Of a stretch of DNA of 64,000 nt, positions 1 to 13,713 are shown one piece after another (within the stretch, counting starts at the first letter, position 1; the number at the start of each line of letters is the position of its first letter). The notes under the pieces are model-generated. The model had not been told where the DNA came from. It made no database searches and saw only the letters and a list, made by a program, of their open reading frames with translations. The DNA comes from Octopus bimaculoides (taxonomy: Eukaryota), in the NCBI RefSeq assembly GCF_001194135.2, contig NC_068986.1, positions 42,690,213-42,754,212 of the forward strand, given 5' to 3'. A program made the position numbers and the translations under genes.

Positions 1-36
<36 letters not shown>

Positions 37-866
37 TGTGTATGTGAATATTCAGCAATCACCTGCTCATGAAAAGAATGAAAAGCAAATTCTCCATGAA
101 CTATTGGCAGTGTCAAGAAATCCACCAGCAAAATTTTGACAATTGCTTCACTTAAACCAAAAGGTTGCCCATTCTAGTTTCCACCTTATTTCTGACCGTT
201 GCCATTTTTATACTGAAGGATATGGACTTATCCTTTGTTTGGGGAAATAGCCATGTGACAAAGGAATAATCCAAGATTTCAGATAATATCATCACCTAAT
301 CAGAGCTAAAGAATTTTTGGATTTAATTGAGGAGGGATTTCTGATTACAGATTTGATCATGTTATGTAAAAGCATCATTATCATTTAATATCCACTTTTC
401 CATGCTTTCATGGGTCGGATGTAATTTGTTGAGGTGGATTGTCTACAGCTGGATGCCTTTCCTGTTGCCAACACTTGTTTCCAAGTAAGGTAATATTTCT
501 CCAAGGCCAGATGTATCTCAGATTTGTGACTAAGGACACTGCTTGCATCATGTTGACACTTCCTTATAACTATCTCACTGTGTCAAGGGGACAGTAATTA
601 ACACACACACAACTTATACATGACAGGCTTCTTTAAGTTTCCATCTACCAAATCTAATCACATGGCCCTGTGATTAGAAAACACTTGCCCGAAGTGCCAT
701 TCAGTGAAACAGTACCTGAAATTGTATGATTAGGAAGTAAGCTTCTTACCACACAGCCATACCTACAACTGTATTATATATACTTCCCTGAAAGGAACAA
801 GAGAGAGACAGTAAATGAATTCTTATTTGAGCTGGCTTAGAGTGGTAGACCTTGAAATAATCTACA

Positions 867-1232
867 TTAACCCTTTAGCATTTAAACTGGCCATGTTCAG
901 CCCAAATATTCAGCCTGTTTTATGGTGAAGCTGGACAGATCTGGCTTCTCACTCCTATTCTACAATGTAATTTTGAAAATGAATAATCACATCTGTGCTT
1001 GTGCCACATAAAAAGCACTTAGTCCACTCTGCTGGATGGGTGGTGTCAGGAAGAGCATCCAGCCATAAAAATTCTATCAAAACAGACACAACATGGAAGG
1101 CAGATGTTAAATGACGATGATGATGATGATCACTGAAATCTTGAAACTACGAGATGATGTATGATTAATTCAAAACAATGTGAATGAATAAGCATTGAAA
1201 TTGTCAGAGTAATCTGAGTGCTGAAGGATTAA
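867..1232 (+). mobile_element. TTAA-flanked piggyBac-type MITE (family 1), interrupted by an RTE-tail insertion at 994-1130
   Basis: TTAA-ccctttagcatt ... gtgctgaagga-TTAA; internal sequence colinear with the 51697 and 53525 copies. Confidence 0.75.
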
Positions 1233-1554
1233 AACTTATATTTGCATACTACAGCAAATAACTAATCTTTATAGCCATATACATCTGGTGTCGATAATAA
1301 TGTACAGAGCTGAGATGGTGTGACATTAGTTTTGAATTAAATGGTATGACCCCAAGTTTCTGAATTAAATTATAGCTGCAAGCATGGCTGTTTGGTTAAG
1401 AAGCTTGCTTTGCAACCATGTGGTTTCAGGTTCATTCTCACCACACAACATCTCAGACAAGTATATTCTACTGTAGCATTGGGCCTACTAATGCCTTGTG
1501 AGTGAATTTGGTACACGGAAGTTGTGTGGAAACCTGTTGTGTGCGTATATGTAA

Positions 1555-1870
1555 AAAACACCATCTGAACCTGGTTGATGCCAGCCCCTCTACTCCACCC
1601 CAGCTGGCTCCTATACGGATAGCATGTAAAAAGCACCATCTGAACATGGCCGATTCCAGTGCCGCTTGACTGGCTCCTGTGCCAGTGGCATGTAAAAAGC
1701 ACCTGATACACTCTCGGAGTGGTTGGCATTAGGAAGGGTAAACAACTGTAGAAACATTGCCAGATCAGATTGGAGCCTGGTCCAGCCTCCTGGCTTTCCA
1801 GTCCCCATACACATTGTTCAACCCATGCCAGCATGGAAAACGGATGTTAAACGATGATGATGATGATTTG
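1555..1870 (+). mobile_element. (GAT)n-tailed RTE 3'-end copy. Further short copies near 373-585, 1905-2060, 5400-5552, 10065-10260, 14695-14900, 23100-23230, 26445-26585, 27562-27720, 30220-30445, 42478-42680, 54548-54698
   Basis: Shared gaagggcatccagctgtagaa...ccatgccagcatggaaaa..gatgttaaa(cgat/tgat)n motif. Confidence 0.8.
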
Positions 1871-2079
1871 TATGTGCATGTATGTCTTCGTGTTTGTCAC
1901 TACTGCAGAGTAGTTGGTGTTAGGAAGGGCATCCAACCATAAAAGCCCTGCCAAAGAAGTCACTGTAGCCTGCAGTAGTTTTCTACCTGTCCTGCTCCTG
2001 TCAACCATCTAACCTATGCATGTATGGAAGACAGATGTTAAACAGTGATGATGATGCTGATGATATATATATATGTGTG

Positions 2080-2184
<105 letters not shown>

Positions 2185-2519
2185 TTGTGTGCATGTGTTT
2201 TTGTATTTGTCACCACACACTGCTTCACAACTGGTGTAGGTTTGTTTACCTCGCCATAACCTAACAGTTTGGTAAATGATAAGTTCATCGTAAATGATAA
2301 TATAAATATCAAACTTACAAAAATTTAAGTTGATTTATTCAAATGCAAAATTGATTTTCTCTTATTTTCATAGACTGGTGTGAAAAGGTTTTTCCAATGG
2401 TCTTAGACATTCATGGACTTGGGAATTAAGAGGAATAGGTAATGCTAGCATAAATCATTTTGAGTTTGATGCAATTTAGGAGTTAAAGGATATCAGTGAG
2501 TGAACATGGAGTGTCAGAA

Positions 2520-2682
2520 TGATGCTGTGTGGTAAGTAGCTTGCTTACCAACCACATGGTTCTGGGTTCATTCCCACTGCGTGGCACCTTGGGCAAGTGT
2601 CTTCTACTATAGCTTCGGGCTGGCCAAAGCCTTGTGAGTGGATTTGGTAGATGGAAACTGAAAGAAGCCAGTCGTATATGTG

Positions 2683-2713
<31 letters not shown>

Positions 2714-2915
2714 CTGTGTTTGTCCCCCCAACATCGCTTGTCAACTGATGCTGGTGTGTTTACGTCCCCGTAACTTAGCGGTTCGGCAAAAGAGACCAAT
2801 AGAATAAGTACTAGGCATTCAAAGAATAAGTCCTGGGGTCGATTTGCTCGACTAAAGGCGGTGCTCCAGCATGGCCACAGTCAAATGACTGAAACAAGTA
2901 AAAGAGAGAGTAAGA
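2520..2915 (+). mobile_element. tRNA-derived SINE family A, near full length, with internal (TA)/(TG) tract
   Basis: tRNA-like head gctgtgtggtaagtagcttgc...gggttcattccc, conserved body, tail gaaacaagtaaaagag; many other copies in the window. Confidence 0.85.
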
Positions 2916-4344
2916 GTATAAGATGAAGACCATCAGTCTGTATATCTTACTTCATATGTATATACTGCAGAAATCCACAAAACTAAGGCACTCTTTTCAA
3001 GAAAGTATTTCATATAGAAATACTTGAAAATCATCCAGCAGTAGTGGTGGAATTACTAAATCTGGATTTCTGCACATTTTCACATCATCAGTAGTACTGC
3101 CTTCATTGCTAATAACTGAAATTATGATGGAATGTTGCAAATTCAGGGTGTATACCAAAGTGAGAAACTTTTACTTGAGAAATATTATTATTCAGTAATG
3201 ATAAATGGTTTTGGAAAAGCTGAAGTACTGTTCTTTTATCCTTGTAATAGGTAAATATATTTGATGCAAACATAAGCAGAATTTTAAAAATATGTAATAT
3301 CTTACAAGTTGAAGATTCTTTTAGAGTATTGTCTTCTGTAATGTGACACAATTTTAGATTTTCCACATATATATTATTGTGCTTTTTGTCTCTGGAACTG
3401 TAATTAGGTATTCTATTCATTTATATATATTTGTTTATATCTACTTTTATGAAATGATTATAATTAATTTATAGCTTTCATTTCAAGTATTTATCAAATA
3501 TTAGTTTTGCCAGCATTTCTGAAAAGTATAAGTCTAACTAAAATTTATTGCACAGCAGTCTTATTAATGGAATAAAATAGTAAGAAATAAAACAAAGCAC
3601 AAATGTTTTCATATTATTTCAATTTCAATTAATAAGAGCAGTTACGTTAAATGTTAATCACTAGGTTAGAATTTTATCATTTTAAATCTCTTTGCAGTCA
3701 TGAGGTTTCAAGTTCATTCCTACCTTGTGAGTGAATTTGGTAGATAGAAACTATGTGGAAGCCTGTTGGGATGTGTATGTTTGTGTTTGTCCATCTCCCA
3801 TCACTTGACAACCATTGTTGCTTTGTTTACATTCCTATAACTTAATAGTTTAGTAAAGGAGGTAATAGACTTAATGCCAGATTTTAAAATAAGTACTGGG
3901 ATCAATTTGTTCATCTAGACCGTCCAAGGCTGTGCCCCAAATTGGCTACAGCCCAATGTCTGAAAGTAGTAAAAGATAAAAGTATTTTCTGTTATAAGTT
4001 CATGACCTGACTATCATTTGTCTTCTTCTTAATCCTCTTTCTCTTCCAATTTTTTATAGTTTGTTTTGAAGTATTGATCACATTGTTTGCTATGAACTGC
4101 AATATATATGCAATATACCATCTAATATATGCAATACATTTATTTGTGAGTGTTGTGATCTTTTCATTCTGTGTCTGTCTTGATTAAGCAGACTTATAAT
4201 CAGAGGTATTCAAACTGGAACTATTCAGTTTATTTTTAGACAAGAGGGTAATTTCAAAAGTGGTATAGCTGCTATTTTTAGCAGGACAAGCAACTGCTTT
4301 GAGAGTTGATTTGGTAGATAGAAACTTAAAGAAGCTTCTCATAT

Positions 4345-4394
<50 letters not shown>

Positions 4395-5635
4395 ATGTAT
4401 CTATGTTTGTGCATACACATGTGCACTTCTGTCTCCTTATCTTGATAATGCATGATAGCTGTAAATAAGCCTCACTGTTGTCATATAGTGTCATTCATTT
4501 TCAATCTTCCTTGACACTCTCAAGCCATGGGGAAATATTACTTTACTTGGAAAAATGTGGGTTAATAAAAAGAATGACATTTAACTGTAGAGAATCTGCC
4601 TCAACAAAATCTGTCCAATCTATTTCAGTGTGGAAAAGTGGACATTAAGACAACAATGTTGAAGTTCTTAGAAGTTAAAAGTTCCAGAGTATACATGGGA
4701 AGAGGAAAAGTGACAGAATGATGCTTTACCGATGGGATAATATTGAGCAAAATATTATATGTAGGGGATGATCTGTTGCAGATTGTAAAAGAGAAAGAGA
4801 AGGGACTAGAATAGATTTTATTAGTTTGCAAAAGCCAAAGCTGCTTTTTAGTGCTAAAAGGTAAACAAGATGTTAGATATTTTAACCTGTAATTGACAGG
4901 TTTTGTTGTAACTTAATTCAGCACATTTTTATTTGTTTTGTATATGGATAAACATAAGACATTCTTGTGAGTTGTGCTTGTTCTTTGTAAATTGATGATA
5001 AAACCCATTGTTCTTTAAAACTGTTGTCTTTTTTTTTTTTGTTTTTTGGTTTTTGTATGGTGAGAACCTCTTCAAATGTAGTTGAACAAATAAAAGGAGA
5101 CACCTCTTAGAAATGACACCTTAATCTGATAATAAAAGAAGCACTTTGTTTTATTTTGATATTTCAAAGCTTACAAAGGATGCTATTCAAATTAACAGGT
5201 TCATTGGAAAGATATGTAGTCTGAAGTTGATTTTCATCATTAACTTAATTGGAAGTTTAAGATACATAGATCTGTTTAGGTCAGAGCTTTGTTTTTCTTT
5301 TCACCCCTTGCTTACATTGTATGTCATTGTTTTGCTATCTCCTTGCCATGATAGTTGTAAATGGATGTTTATGTCATGCAGGTGATATCCTTTGTTCCTA
5401 ATTTTTCTTGTAAACACATCTGGAAAAATATTACCTTAGTTGGAAACAGGTAAGGGTTGGTGACAGGAAGGGCTTCTGGCTGTAGAAAATTGACTCCAAC
5501 AGAAATTCCATGACAGCATGGAAAATGGGGGTGTAAAAATGATGATGATGATATTTATTTATTACATTCTGCCTCCAGATTTTATTGTTGCTGTTTTAGT
5601 AATTTTTTGAGGGTCAATGAAGTAAGTGTTAAAGA

Positions 5636-5960
5636 GTATCAATAAAATAAATACTAGAGAAGATCAATAAGTTAACTACTAGAAAAGATCATCAATAAGA
5701 TAAGTACTAGAGTGAATCAACAAAATATGTACAAGACAAAAATAAAATAAGTTTTAGAAAAGGTCTACTAGAGAAGTTGAATAAAATATGGAGAGGATTG
5801 ATAGGATGAGTATGAAAGAAGATTAATAAAGTACACAAAAAAAAACAATGAAATAAGTACTAGAGATCAGTAAGATAGGTACCAGAGAGAATCAGTTAAA
5901 TAATACTAAAGATCATCGATAAGAAAATACTAGAAAGCCTTAATGAAATAGTACTAGAGG
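5636..5960 (+). repeat. Degenerate ~24-bp minisatellite (gatcaataaaataagtactagaga-like)
   Basis: About 10 recurrences of aagtactaga/aatactaga-type motifs at roughly regular spacing. Confidence 0.65.
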
Positions 5961-7499
5961 TGACTGCTTGAGGTAAAATAAGTTCTTGTTATATCTGTAT
6001 CTATAAAAAAAAAATAATAAATCTCTGTTATAGAAGGCTTTTCTGTTTTCTTTTTGCAGTACTTTGACTGTAATAAGATTCTGAACTTGAGGTTAAAGCT
6101 CAGTTTTCGTTAATACTAATGATATTTTGCTGATTCTTGTATTTATTTCATGACTGCAGTCTCCATCCATTGCCATTTTGGTACCTAAATAACTTCAACA
6201 TTTGTGATTGGTTTGTGGAACCATTATGAGAAACTGTTGAAGCAAGCAGATGGAAATGGTTGGGTCAAGTTTGTTGCTATAAACTGAACTCACTTGTCAG
6301 GATTGGATTGCTTTGCAGTGGGTTCCACAAGGTAAAGGAAGCATGGCAGCAAGGACGCTTTCCGTGTTAGAAGACGGAATGATCTTGTTGTTGCCTGAAG
6401 TGTCACAAGGCACGGTGAGAACTAAATGAATGAATGATATTTTGATAGTCAATTAGCAAGATGTAGTTGATTTAATTATATGGTAATTCATTGATGTCAT
6501 TACTTATCTTACATTAACAAATGTCAAGAAACATTATAGGCATTTTATTTGATATTTAAAATGGCACTATTAATCATCGTTCCTCTCTTTTTGCTTGTGC
6601 ACATTCAAATTTACAAGATTGCTTTTTGTATCCATCATTAAATTGTTAGCTTGTATTTGTTTCATTTTTCTCTTCCAATTACCATTTATATATTCTTTGC
6701 TTTGGTATTTACTATCATTTCATTGATACTTTTAAGTATTATAGCTCATTTTCATAATATTTAAATAATAAACAATATTATATACTGGGTGTAATTTGAA
6801 ATCACTGTCTTAATTCTGAAACTCAGCATATCTTTCAACTTCACATTCCAACAATATTGTCCTACCTTTTTTTTTTCTTTTTCCATTGTTCACTTTTTCC
6901 TTCAGTATTATGTTATTGTACATTAATACACATTTTATACATTTGAACATCTACGGCTGTCTAGACTCATATAATCATTGTCTCCATCTTTGTGTTTTCA
7001 AGAAACTGTTTTAGAAATTACCTTGTTTGATGGTCATGTATAGTGAATAGTAAATTAGAACCAAAGTGAGAAAAGGAAACAAAAAAAAAAAAAAAAGAAA
7101 TCAGGTAACTAAGCAGTTAAGCTACTTCTACGGTCTGCTTTGAAAATTGATATTGTTACTAAATAGGTTGTTGCAGGTGTATTTAACTAAAGTATTTAGA
7201 AGTAAACTTTTATTTTTTGTTTCTATCACTGAAAAAGTATAGACTATTGTAACAGTATTGTAATACTATAGAATATTATAAAAGTAATCAAGATGACCTT
7301 AGAAATGGTTGGTAGTCTATGATTCATTAAAAGAGTGCATTATTTTTATTTGTATGTAATTTTCATTTATAGACTATTGAGGATAAGAAAGCCATATTTG
7401 GTTTTTAATGATGTGAATTCACCTTGAGCAGGTGCTGAAACTAACTGAGAAACTAAGTTTGTTCATTATGTTTATACAATCACAATTTGTAAAAATCAG

Positions 7500-8990
7500 T
7501 TGTGCTGACTATTTCAATTTCCAGAAGTATCAGATGCATCAAAGCATCTCTCTCCCTAACTCATCACATTCTGTCAGCTCCATAACCAATATTATAGTGT
7601 CATCAAATCAGCTGACAAGGGTAAGGTATTTGTGGTTGGCATATTGAACTCTACAGAGAGAAGATCCTCTATTGACCATCAGTTCTATAACACTAGAGAC
7701 TACCCAGGGACTGCATCCTTCATTGTCATAAACTACACAGTTGTACACCAGCTCATCTACATTTTTCTAGTTCTATTCATATCCACCTTCCTCATTATTC
7801 AAGCCACTGGGCCTCTGAACATATACTTCCTCCTAGAACTTTACAGTCCTTATAACCATCGTTTACTGTCCTAATTTGCAGTTAGTTCACTAAATTCTAG
7901 CTACCATAACAAGTTCACGGTGCCCCTCAATACTGCCTTCTGATTGCACATCAAAAATATCATCCATACCCTGACCCTCCTAAGTCCTGTTCACCATGAA
8001 TATAAAATCTTTTTATACCATCATCCCCAATGTCTATCTCTCAGCCCTAGAGTTGTTTTTTTATTTCTTTTTATTACCACACCAACTTGAACCTAGCACA
8101 CCTATACTTCTCCTCACAGAATTCATCTTCACTTAAAATTGCTTTTCCTTCTCCAGTGGAAGCAGAGTTATCGATGATACCAAGATAAACTGCCAACTAT
8201 GCCAGCTTATTTGTAGGTCACATTAAGACTCAAATTTTCACCCAATTCTCAAGAACCTGAGCTATGTAGCCACTTTATCAAAATTTGTATAAGCAGTAGA
8301 GAGCAACTTGTCTCCTTTATCATTTTAGTTAACTATTTCATCTCAATGCTCAAATTTACACCCACCATTTTTACTACTCTTGTCAGCATTCTAGATATTT
8401 CTATTTCTATCAAGGTAATCGATCCCACTATGCTATTAATCAATAAACTCTTACTCCTGTCTTGACTTTTATTCCTCACATCCCTAAAACATCAAATCTG
8501 CCATCCCTTCTCAGTTTCTCTGACTCTATCTGCTTTTATAGTGGAACCTCTGACTTCGATATCTACTCGGAGTAAATCAATGACTTTATTTTTTTATACA
8601 ATTCTCCCCATCTTTCTTGGATACTGCCTTTCACCTACTTCAAGCCATCTGCTGAACAACTGCACTTCTGCCATGCACTTACTCACTCGGTGACCAGATT
8701 CAAATTCCACCTTGTGAACCAGCAACTTCAACATTCCCCACCCCCACTTTATACGCTCCACTTACCACAGCTGGACCCTGTAATCAGTTGAATCTTACTG
8801 CAGCCTCTAATTGGTCTCCTAAGGGATCAAAGATCTATATGACTTTCTGGTCAAGGTTTCCATTACATCTAGCCATGCCCAGCTGGGAACCTCCACTTGT
8901 TCTTAACCCCAATATCATATGTGCCTGTTTGTTTCCCAAACCACTTTTCTACAAAATTGACCACTTTCACTTTGCCTCCTAACCTAAAAC
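7500..8990 (+). mobile_element. Older, heavily decayed Penelope-like RT relic
   Basis: IVSSNQ/IKSADKGKVFVV near 7600. ILDISISI, LDFYSSHP..IKSAIPSQFL near 8390-8530 resemble the Penelope RT thumb region. Confidence 0.65.
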
Positions 8991-10259
8991 ATTTTATAGC
9001 CTGAATGTTCTACAATGCAATGTACAGAACCATAGTGGGGCATCGGTTGAATGTTTGGTTCTGTAAATATCTGCTACTTTTCTGTAATAGTAGCCAATGA
9101 GTCCTCATACCCAGAGTTAGTCACTTTAGTTCATACTCTTCAATGACCATCTCAGTCTCTGGTGCTTTTCAGTACTATGGCTCAAATGTCACAACAAGGA
9201 AAAATGTTTCATTTTAATGAGGAGTATCTCTTCTACGAAGGATAAAAATATAATGCCTCAATCTCCTTTGATTCTACCTTTGATAGCACTACAAAGATAG
9301 CAATGCTTTTATATGTAATTTCACAACTTTCAGTTTTAAATTGTCCACAAACTCAAATAACTTTGAAATTCTTAACTTTAGGAAAACAGCTGAGAGAACT
9401 GTTTTAATACTATTTTTCTTGTCATATCTCCTGTCTACATTAAATAGTTTGCCAAATAGAGTAATATAATATGCATCGCTTGTCAAATAACATATTGCAA
9501 TATATTAAATGTTGAAATTTATTTACATAAATAATAATAGAAACTTGGTTTTGATTTTAAGTTTTAGAATTTCTTCAGTTTTTTTTTCCATTTTTGGCAT
9601 TAAAGATGCTCAGTAAGCACCACGCTACCTTGTCATTAGGTTGAATTTTTTTTTCAAATTCCAAAATTCTTATTATATTCATTTCTGTTTTTTCTCTTTC
9701 TAAACTGTAAATATTTAATCATTATTGGAGTGATATTAAAAAATAAAAGAAAGAAAAGGAAGTTATGTTTATCACAAGTCAAAAGTTTGTCACATTTTTA
9801 GACTAAAACTCCTCCACGTTATTGTTAAGATGTAAACATTTACACTTCAGTTTCTTATTTAATCTTTCATTGCTACACATCTAAATTTATGTGATAATTA
9901 TTAATATAAAGAGTATGCTGATTTTTTCAGTTGGTTTCAATACTTGGCTAGGGTGATTTCACTGTGTTTATATTTCTAATGTTTTTTAAGAACGATAACT
10001 TTGTTTCATGCTTGTAATTTGAAATAAATAAAGGCATCCAAGTTTAAAAATCATGCCAAAACAGACCTTACCAGCACTGATACCATGTAAAAAGCACTAG
10101 ATCCACTCAGTAAGGTGGCTGGCATTAAGAAGGACATCCAGACATTAAAACCAAGCCAAACAGACCATTAAGCCTGGTACAGTCTTCTGGCTTGCCAGCT
10201 CCTATCAAATCATTCAGCCCATGCCAGCATGGTAAACAGACATTAAATGATGGTGGTGA

Positions 10260-10344
<85 letters not shown>

Positions 10345-12218
10345 CCCACACACACACAGATATTATACTACAGGCTTCTATACAACCTGTATCTACCAAA
10401 CTCATTCAGTCATAAGCCACTAGTAAACCTGGGGCCATAGTAAAAGAAACCTGCCCAAGGTGTTGCACAGTGGGACTGAACTTGATACTATGTGGCTGCA
10501 AAGTAAGTTTTTCAACCTCACACATATGCCAGTGCCAACATGCATATATAATTCATATTTATAACTCAATATATATATGATTTATACACTACTGAATGTA
10601 TAAAGGATGCATATACAAATCTATATATAACCAAAGGCAGAAGACTCCTTTATCTATTTTGTCTTATATACTTCAACTTTTTAGTGGACGCTCATGTAAA
10701 TACTGCTCATTGATGGGTCTTTAAAACTAATGAATTAAAGTTTTGAAAACAGAATAAAAGAAGCAAAGAACTTCTCAAAATCACTAAAAAAAAAGGCAGA
10801 AAGGAATGCACAATAATGCTTTAATGTTTCTAGCATAGTAATTTGTCTTATTTTGACTATGCTGACTTTGGTCTGATCAATTATGAACTAAACTCCATTC
10901 AATCAATTCATTATGTATTTTAGGGCACTTTTTACACAATAAAAGCAAGATGATCACAGCTATCTCCATACTATAAGTTTATTGAAGCATCTCTACCTGG
11001 AGAATGTTTGACAATGATAAATATCAAGAGAAACAAGAGAAAACTACTGCATTTTCTTTAAAAAAGAATATTTTCAAAAATGGTTTATATTTAGTTAACA
11101 AGTATAGCTTTTCTTAAGCTATACATGAAAATAACCACAAACTAGTGTGTCAAGGTGTTGTTTATTCCATAGCCATCATCTACACTGTGAGAGAGAGAGA
11201 GTACAGTTGGCTGTCTACCCTTGGGTCTTGTTTATTGCCTAACCCAAAAGTCTTTTCTCTGCAGACCAGCTTGATAGCTAGTCCACATTAAAGGTCCTTG
11301 TTCACAGTTCGCCTGTTATGAGTTATGCCTTACACCTGCATAAATATTCACATTGCACATCTATTCAGAATAAAAGCATCCTACTATGAGAATCATTAAA
11401 CTAGATTTTCGCATCTTATGTAATATCATGAAACTAATTAGAATTCATTCAAAGTGCATTTATAATTCAGAGCAATGTAAAAATGATTTTAAAAAATGGT
11501 TTGAAAGTAACATCAGATTTTTATTTTTTTTTACGTGTTTGAAGAGGGGAACTAGGAATTTAATTAGATTATTGATGCTGTTGCTATGTTTGTACAGAGT
11601 CTAGAAAAATCATGATTTTAGAACAGTGTTGTAGTTTATATTTAGCTAACCTGTCTATAGCCACAAACAAAAGTGTGTTGAAGTATCATTTATTCCACAT
11701 CAGCCTTAATGTGTTTAACCATGAACAAACTACATTTTAGTTAAACATTATTTGTCTAGGCTCTACACTATAAAATTTGCTCTTCGTGTTATAAGATAGT
11801 AGGGTATGATTTGAAACATCTGGCTAGCATTTCTAGCATGCAGAGCAGCTGCATAGAAATTCCCTTGACGTCATCATGTGATTACTTTGATAGAATATTA
11901 CTTATGATGTTATAATAGATCTTTAGGGTGTTACCGATGCTTTTGGATGTTTGTGAGTGATTGTTCATGTTATGGCAAAAGGAGTTTGCTATAGCTCACT
12001 GTGATCCTTGCACCACTAGGTGTTTATTTGTTCTAAGTGGTTTTATTTCATTATGTAAATGGAGAATTGCTTGTGATGATGTAAAGTGCATCTGTTTTAG
12101 TGTTTTATGTAGTTTGTTGTGGTGAGTCTGGAACTGGGAAGATAGATCTGATCTAATTCTTTGTAAGTTACTGTTACAGTTTCTTTCTGTTGGTCTAATA
12201 TGATGCTCATAAATGCTT

Positions 12219-12430
12219 TTAACCATTTAAGCATTTAAACTGGCCACATCTGGCCCAAATAATCCACCTGTTTTCTGTTCAAATTCTCACATCTACCCTA
12301 CAATATCATTCTAAAAGTAACATTCACATCATCAAAATCTTGAAAATACAAAATAATGCATGATTTCTTCAAAACAATGTGAATAAAAAGAATTACATTT
12401 CACAGAGTAATCTGAATGCTAAATGATTAA
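12219..12430 (+). mobile_element. TTAA-flanked MITE family 1 copy
   Basis: TTAA-ccatttaagcatt ... aatgctaaatga-TTAA; homologous interior. Confidence 0.75.
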
Positions 12431-12940
12431 GTATATTTATGTATTTTGTTATGTTTTCTTGGAACTCTTTTGTACATGAGGTGTGTTTATGTTTTGTAAG
12501 TGATGTTTTTTGTTTCATTTGTAAGGAGTGTGATTGATTTGGCAGATGCTACTTTTTGTCTGTTTTATGTTTTACTGAATAAGATAGATTAATTTAAGCT
12601 TCAAACTCACTAATAATTTGCTGAGAAAGTATCAAGTTCCCTGTTGATCAGTTCTGAGTTTGAACTGCTGATCAGATTTATAAGCTGACTCATTTTAAGG
12701 TGATAAGAATCAGTTATCAAGAGTAAGGAAAAACATCAGTAAAAAACAAGTTTCAGAAGTAACAAGTAGCAGGAAATGTTGTTATGTCCTCTTCCTTCTC
12801 CCTCCTGCCAACTTCTCATTAGTGAGATCTAAAATACTCTGGAAAAAAAAATTTGTTTTAGAGACAGCTTTTGCTTTGCTGAGGCTGTAAACTTTCTGGG
12901 AATTTAATGTTGATTTCTACTGTTCTTTTTTTAAATTTAG

Positions 12941-13052
12941 ACTTGGAAATGGCAAACCCACCAATGTAATAACAGATGATGGAGCAGCCACAGATGAAGA
13001 AGAACAGTTCATTTTGGAAGATGCAACTCTACTTCCAAATAAAAATGTCCCT
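12941..13052 (+). CDS. TRAF3IP1: TRAF3IP1/IFT54 internal coding exon (x-LGNGKPTNVITDDGAATDEEEQFILEDATLLPNKNVP)
   Basis: ttttttaaatttAG acceptor and GTaagt donor; 112 nt, phase 2 to phase 0. The peptide resembles the recalled human TRAF3IP1 segment RSGSGKTVSNVITES..DNEEDDQFVVE and splices in frame to the next exons. Confidence 0.8.
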
Positions 13053-13132
13053 GTAAGTTTTTGGTTTAAATTATTACATTTGTTAGATCTTGTATAGTTA
13101 CCATTATTGTATATTTTGAAAGCTTTCTCTTA

Positions 13133-13391
13133 TCTTTTATCTTGTTTCAGTCACTGAACTGTGGCCATGCTGGGGCATCACTCTGAAGGGTTTTAGTCTG
13201 ACAGATCAAGCCCAGTATATATCTTTATATGCACATGACAGGCTTCTTTCAGTTTCTATCTAACAAATCCATTCAGAAGGCTTTGGTCAGCCTGGTGCTA
13301 TAGTAGAAAACATTTGCCTGAGGTACTATGCAGTGAGATTGAACCTGGAAATGTGTGGTTGGGAAAGAAACTTCTTACCACATGGCCATGA
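13133..13391 (-). mobile_element. SINE family A, internally deleted, in the 616-nt intron. Other partial copies near 600-760, 1375-1550, 3693-3982, 10370-10540, 15000-15140, 22870-23000, 27330-27540, 46055-46170
   Basis: Head and tail motifs of family A on the minus strand. Confidence 0.75.
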
Positions 13392-13668
13392 CATTATATA
13401 ATACTTGTATTTGTGTGTCTGTTCATGAACACATGTACACACTCACACACATACCCGTATTTAATAATGGCAGGTTTTTTTTTTTTGGAACAAATTTGGT
13501 GCAATGATTAGTGAACAATATCTATTATTATTTAAAATGTATAAGTATTGCATTTAATTACCATTGTGTATAAAGGAGAAAAAAAGAACCTTTTAAGATT
13601 ATATCTTGACAGATAACATTACTACAATGGATTTCAACTAATTATACAATGTCTTTTTTCTATTTCAG

Positions 13669-13702
13669 TCAAAGACTGATGAAACTGGAACCATTGAAGA
13701 TG
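13669..13702 (+). CDS. TRAF3IP1: TRAF3IP1 34-nt micro-exon (SKTDETGTIED-G) with GC donor
   Basis: ttttttctatttcAG acceptor; donor G/GCAAGT. It supplies the phase 0 to phase 1 link between the exons at 12941 and 33067. Confidence 0.7.
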
Positions 13703-13713
13703 GCAAGTATCTC

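Noticed and set aside
3109-3420. 103-aa minus-strand ORF
   Set aside because: No recognisable motif or splice context; compatible with chance in AT-rich DNA.
13707-13708. GT as the donor of the micro-exon
   Set aside because: Gives phase 2 and a stop (KWFGK*) in the next conserved exon.
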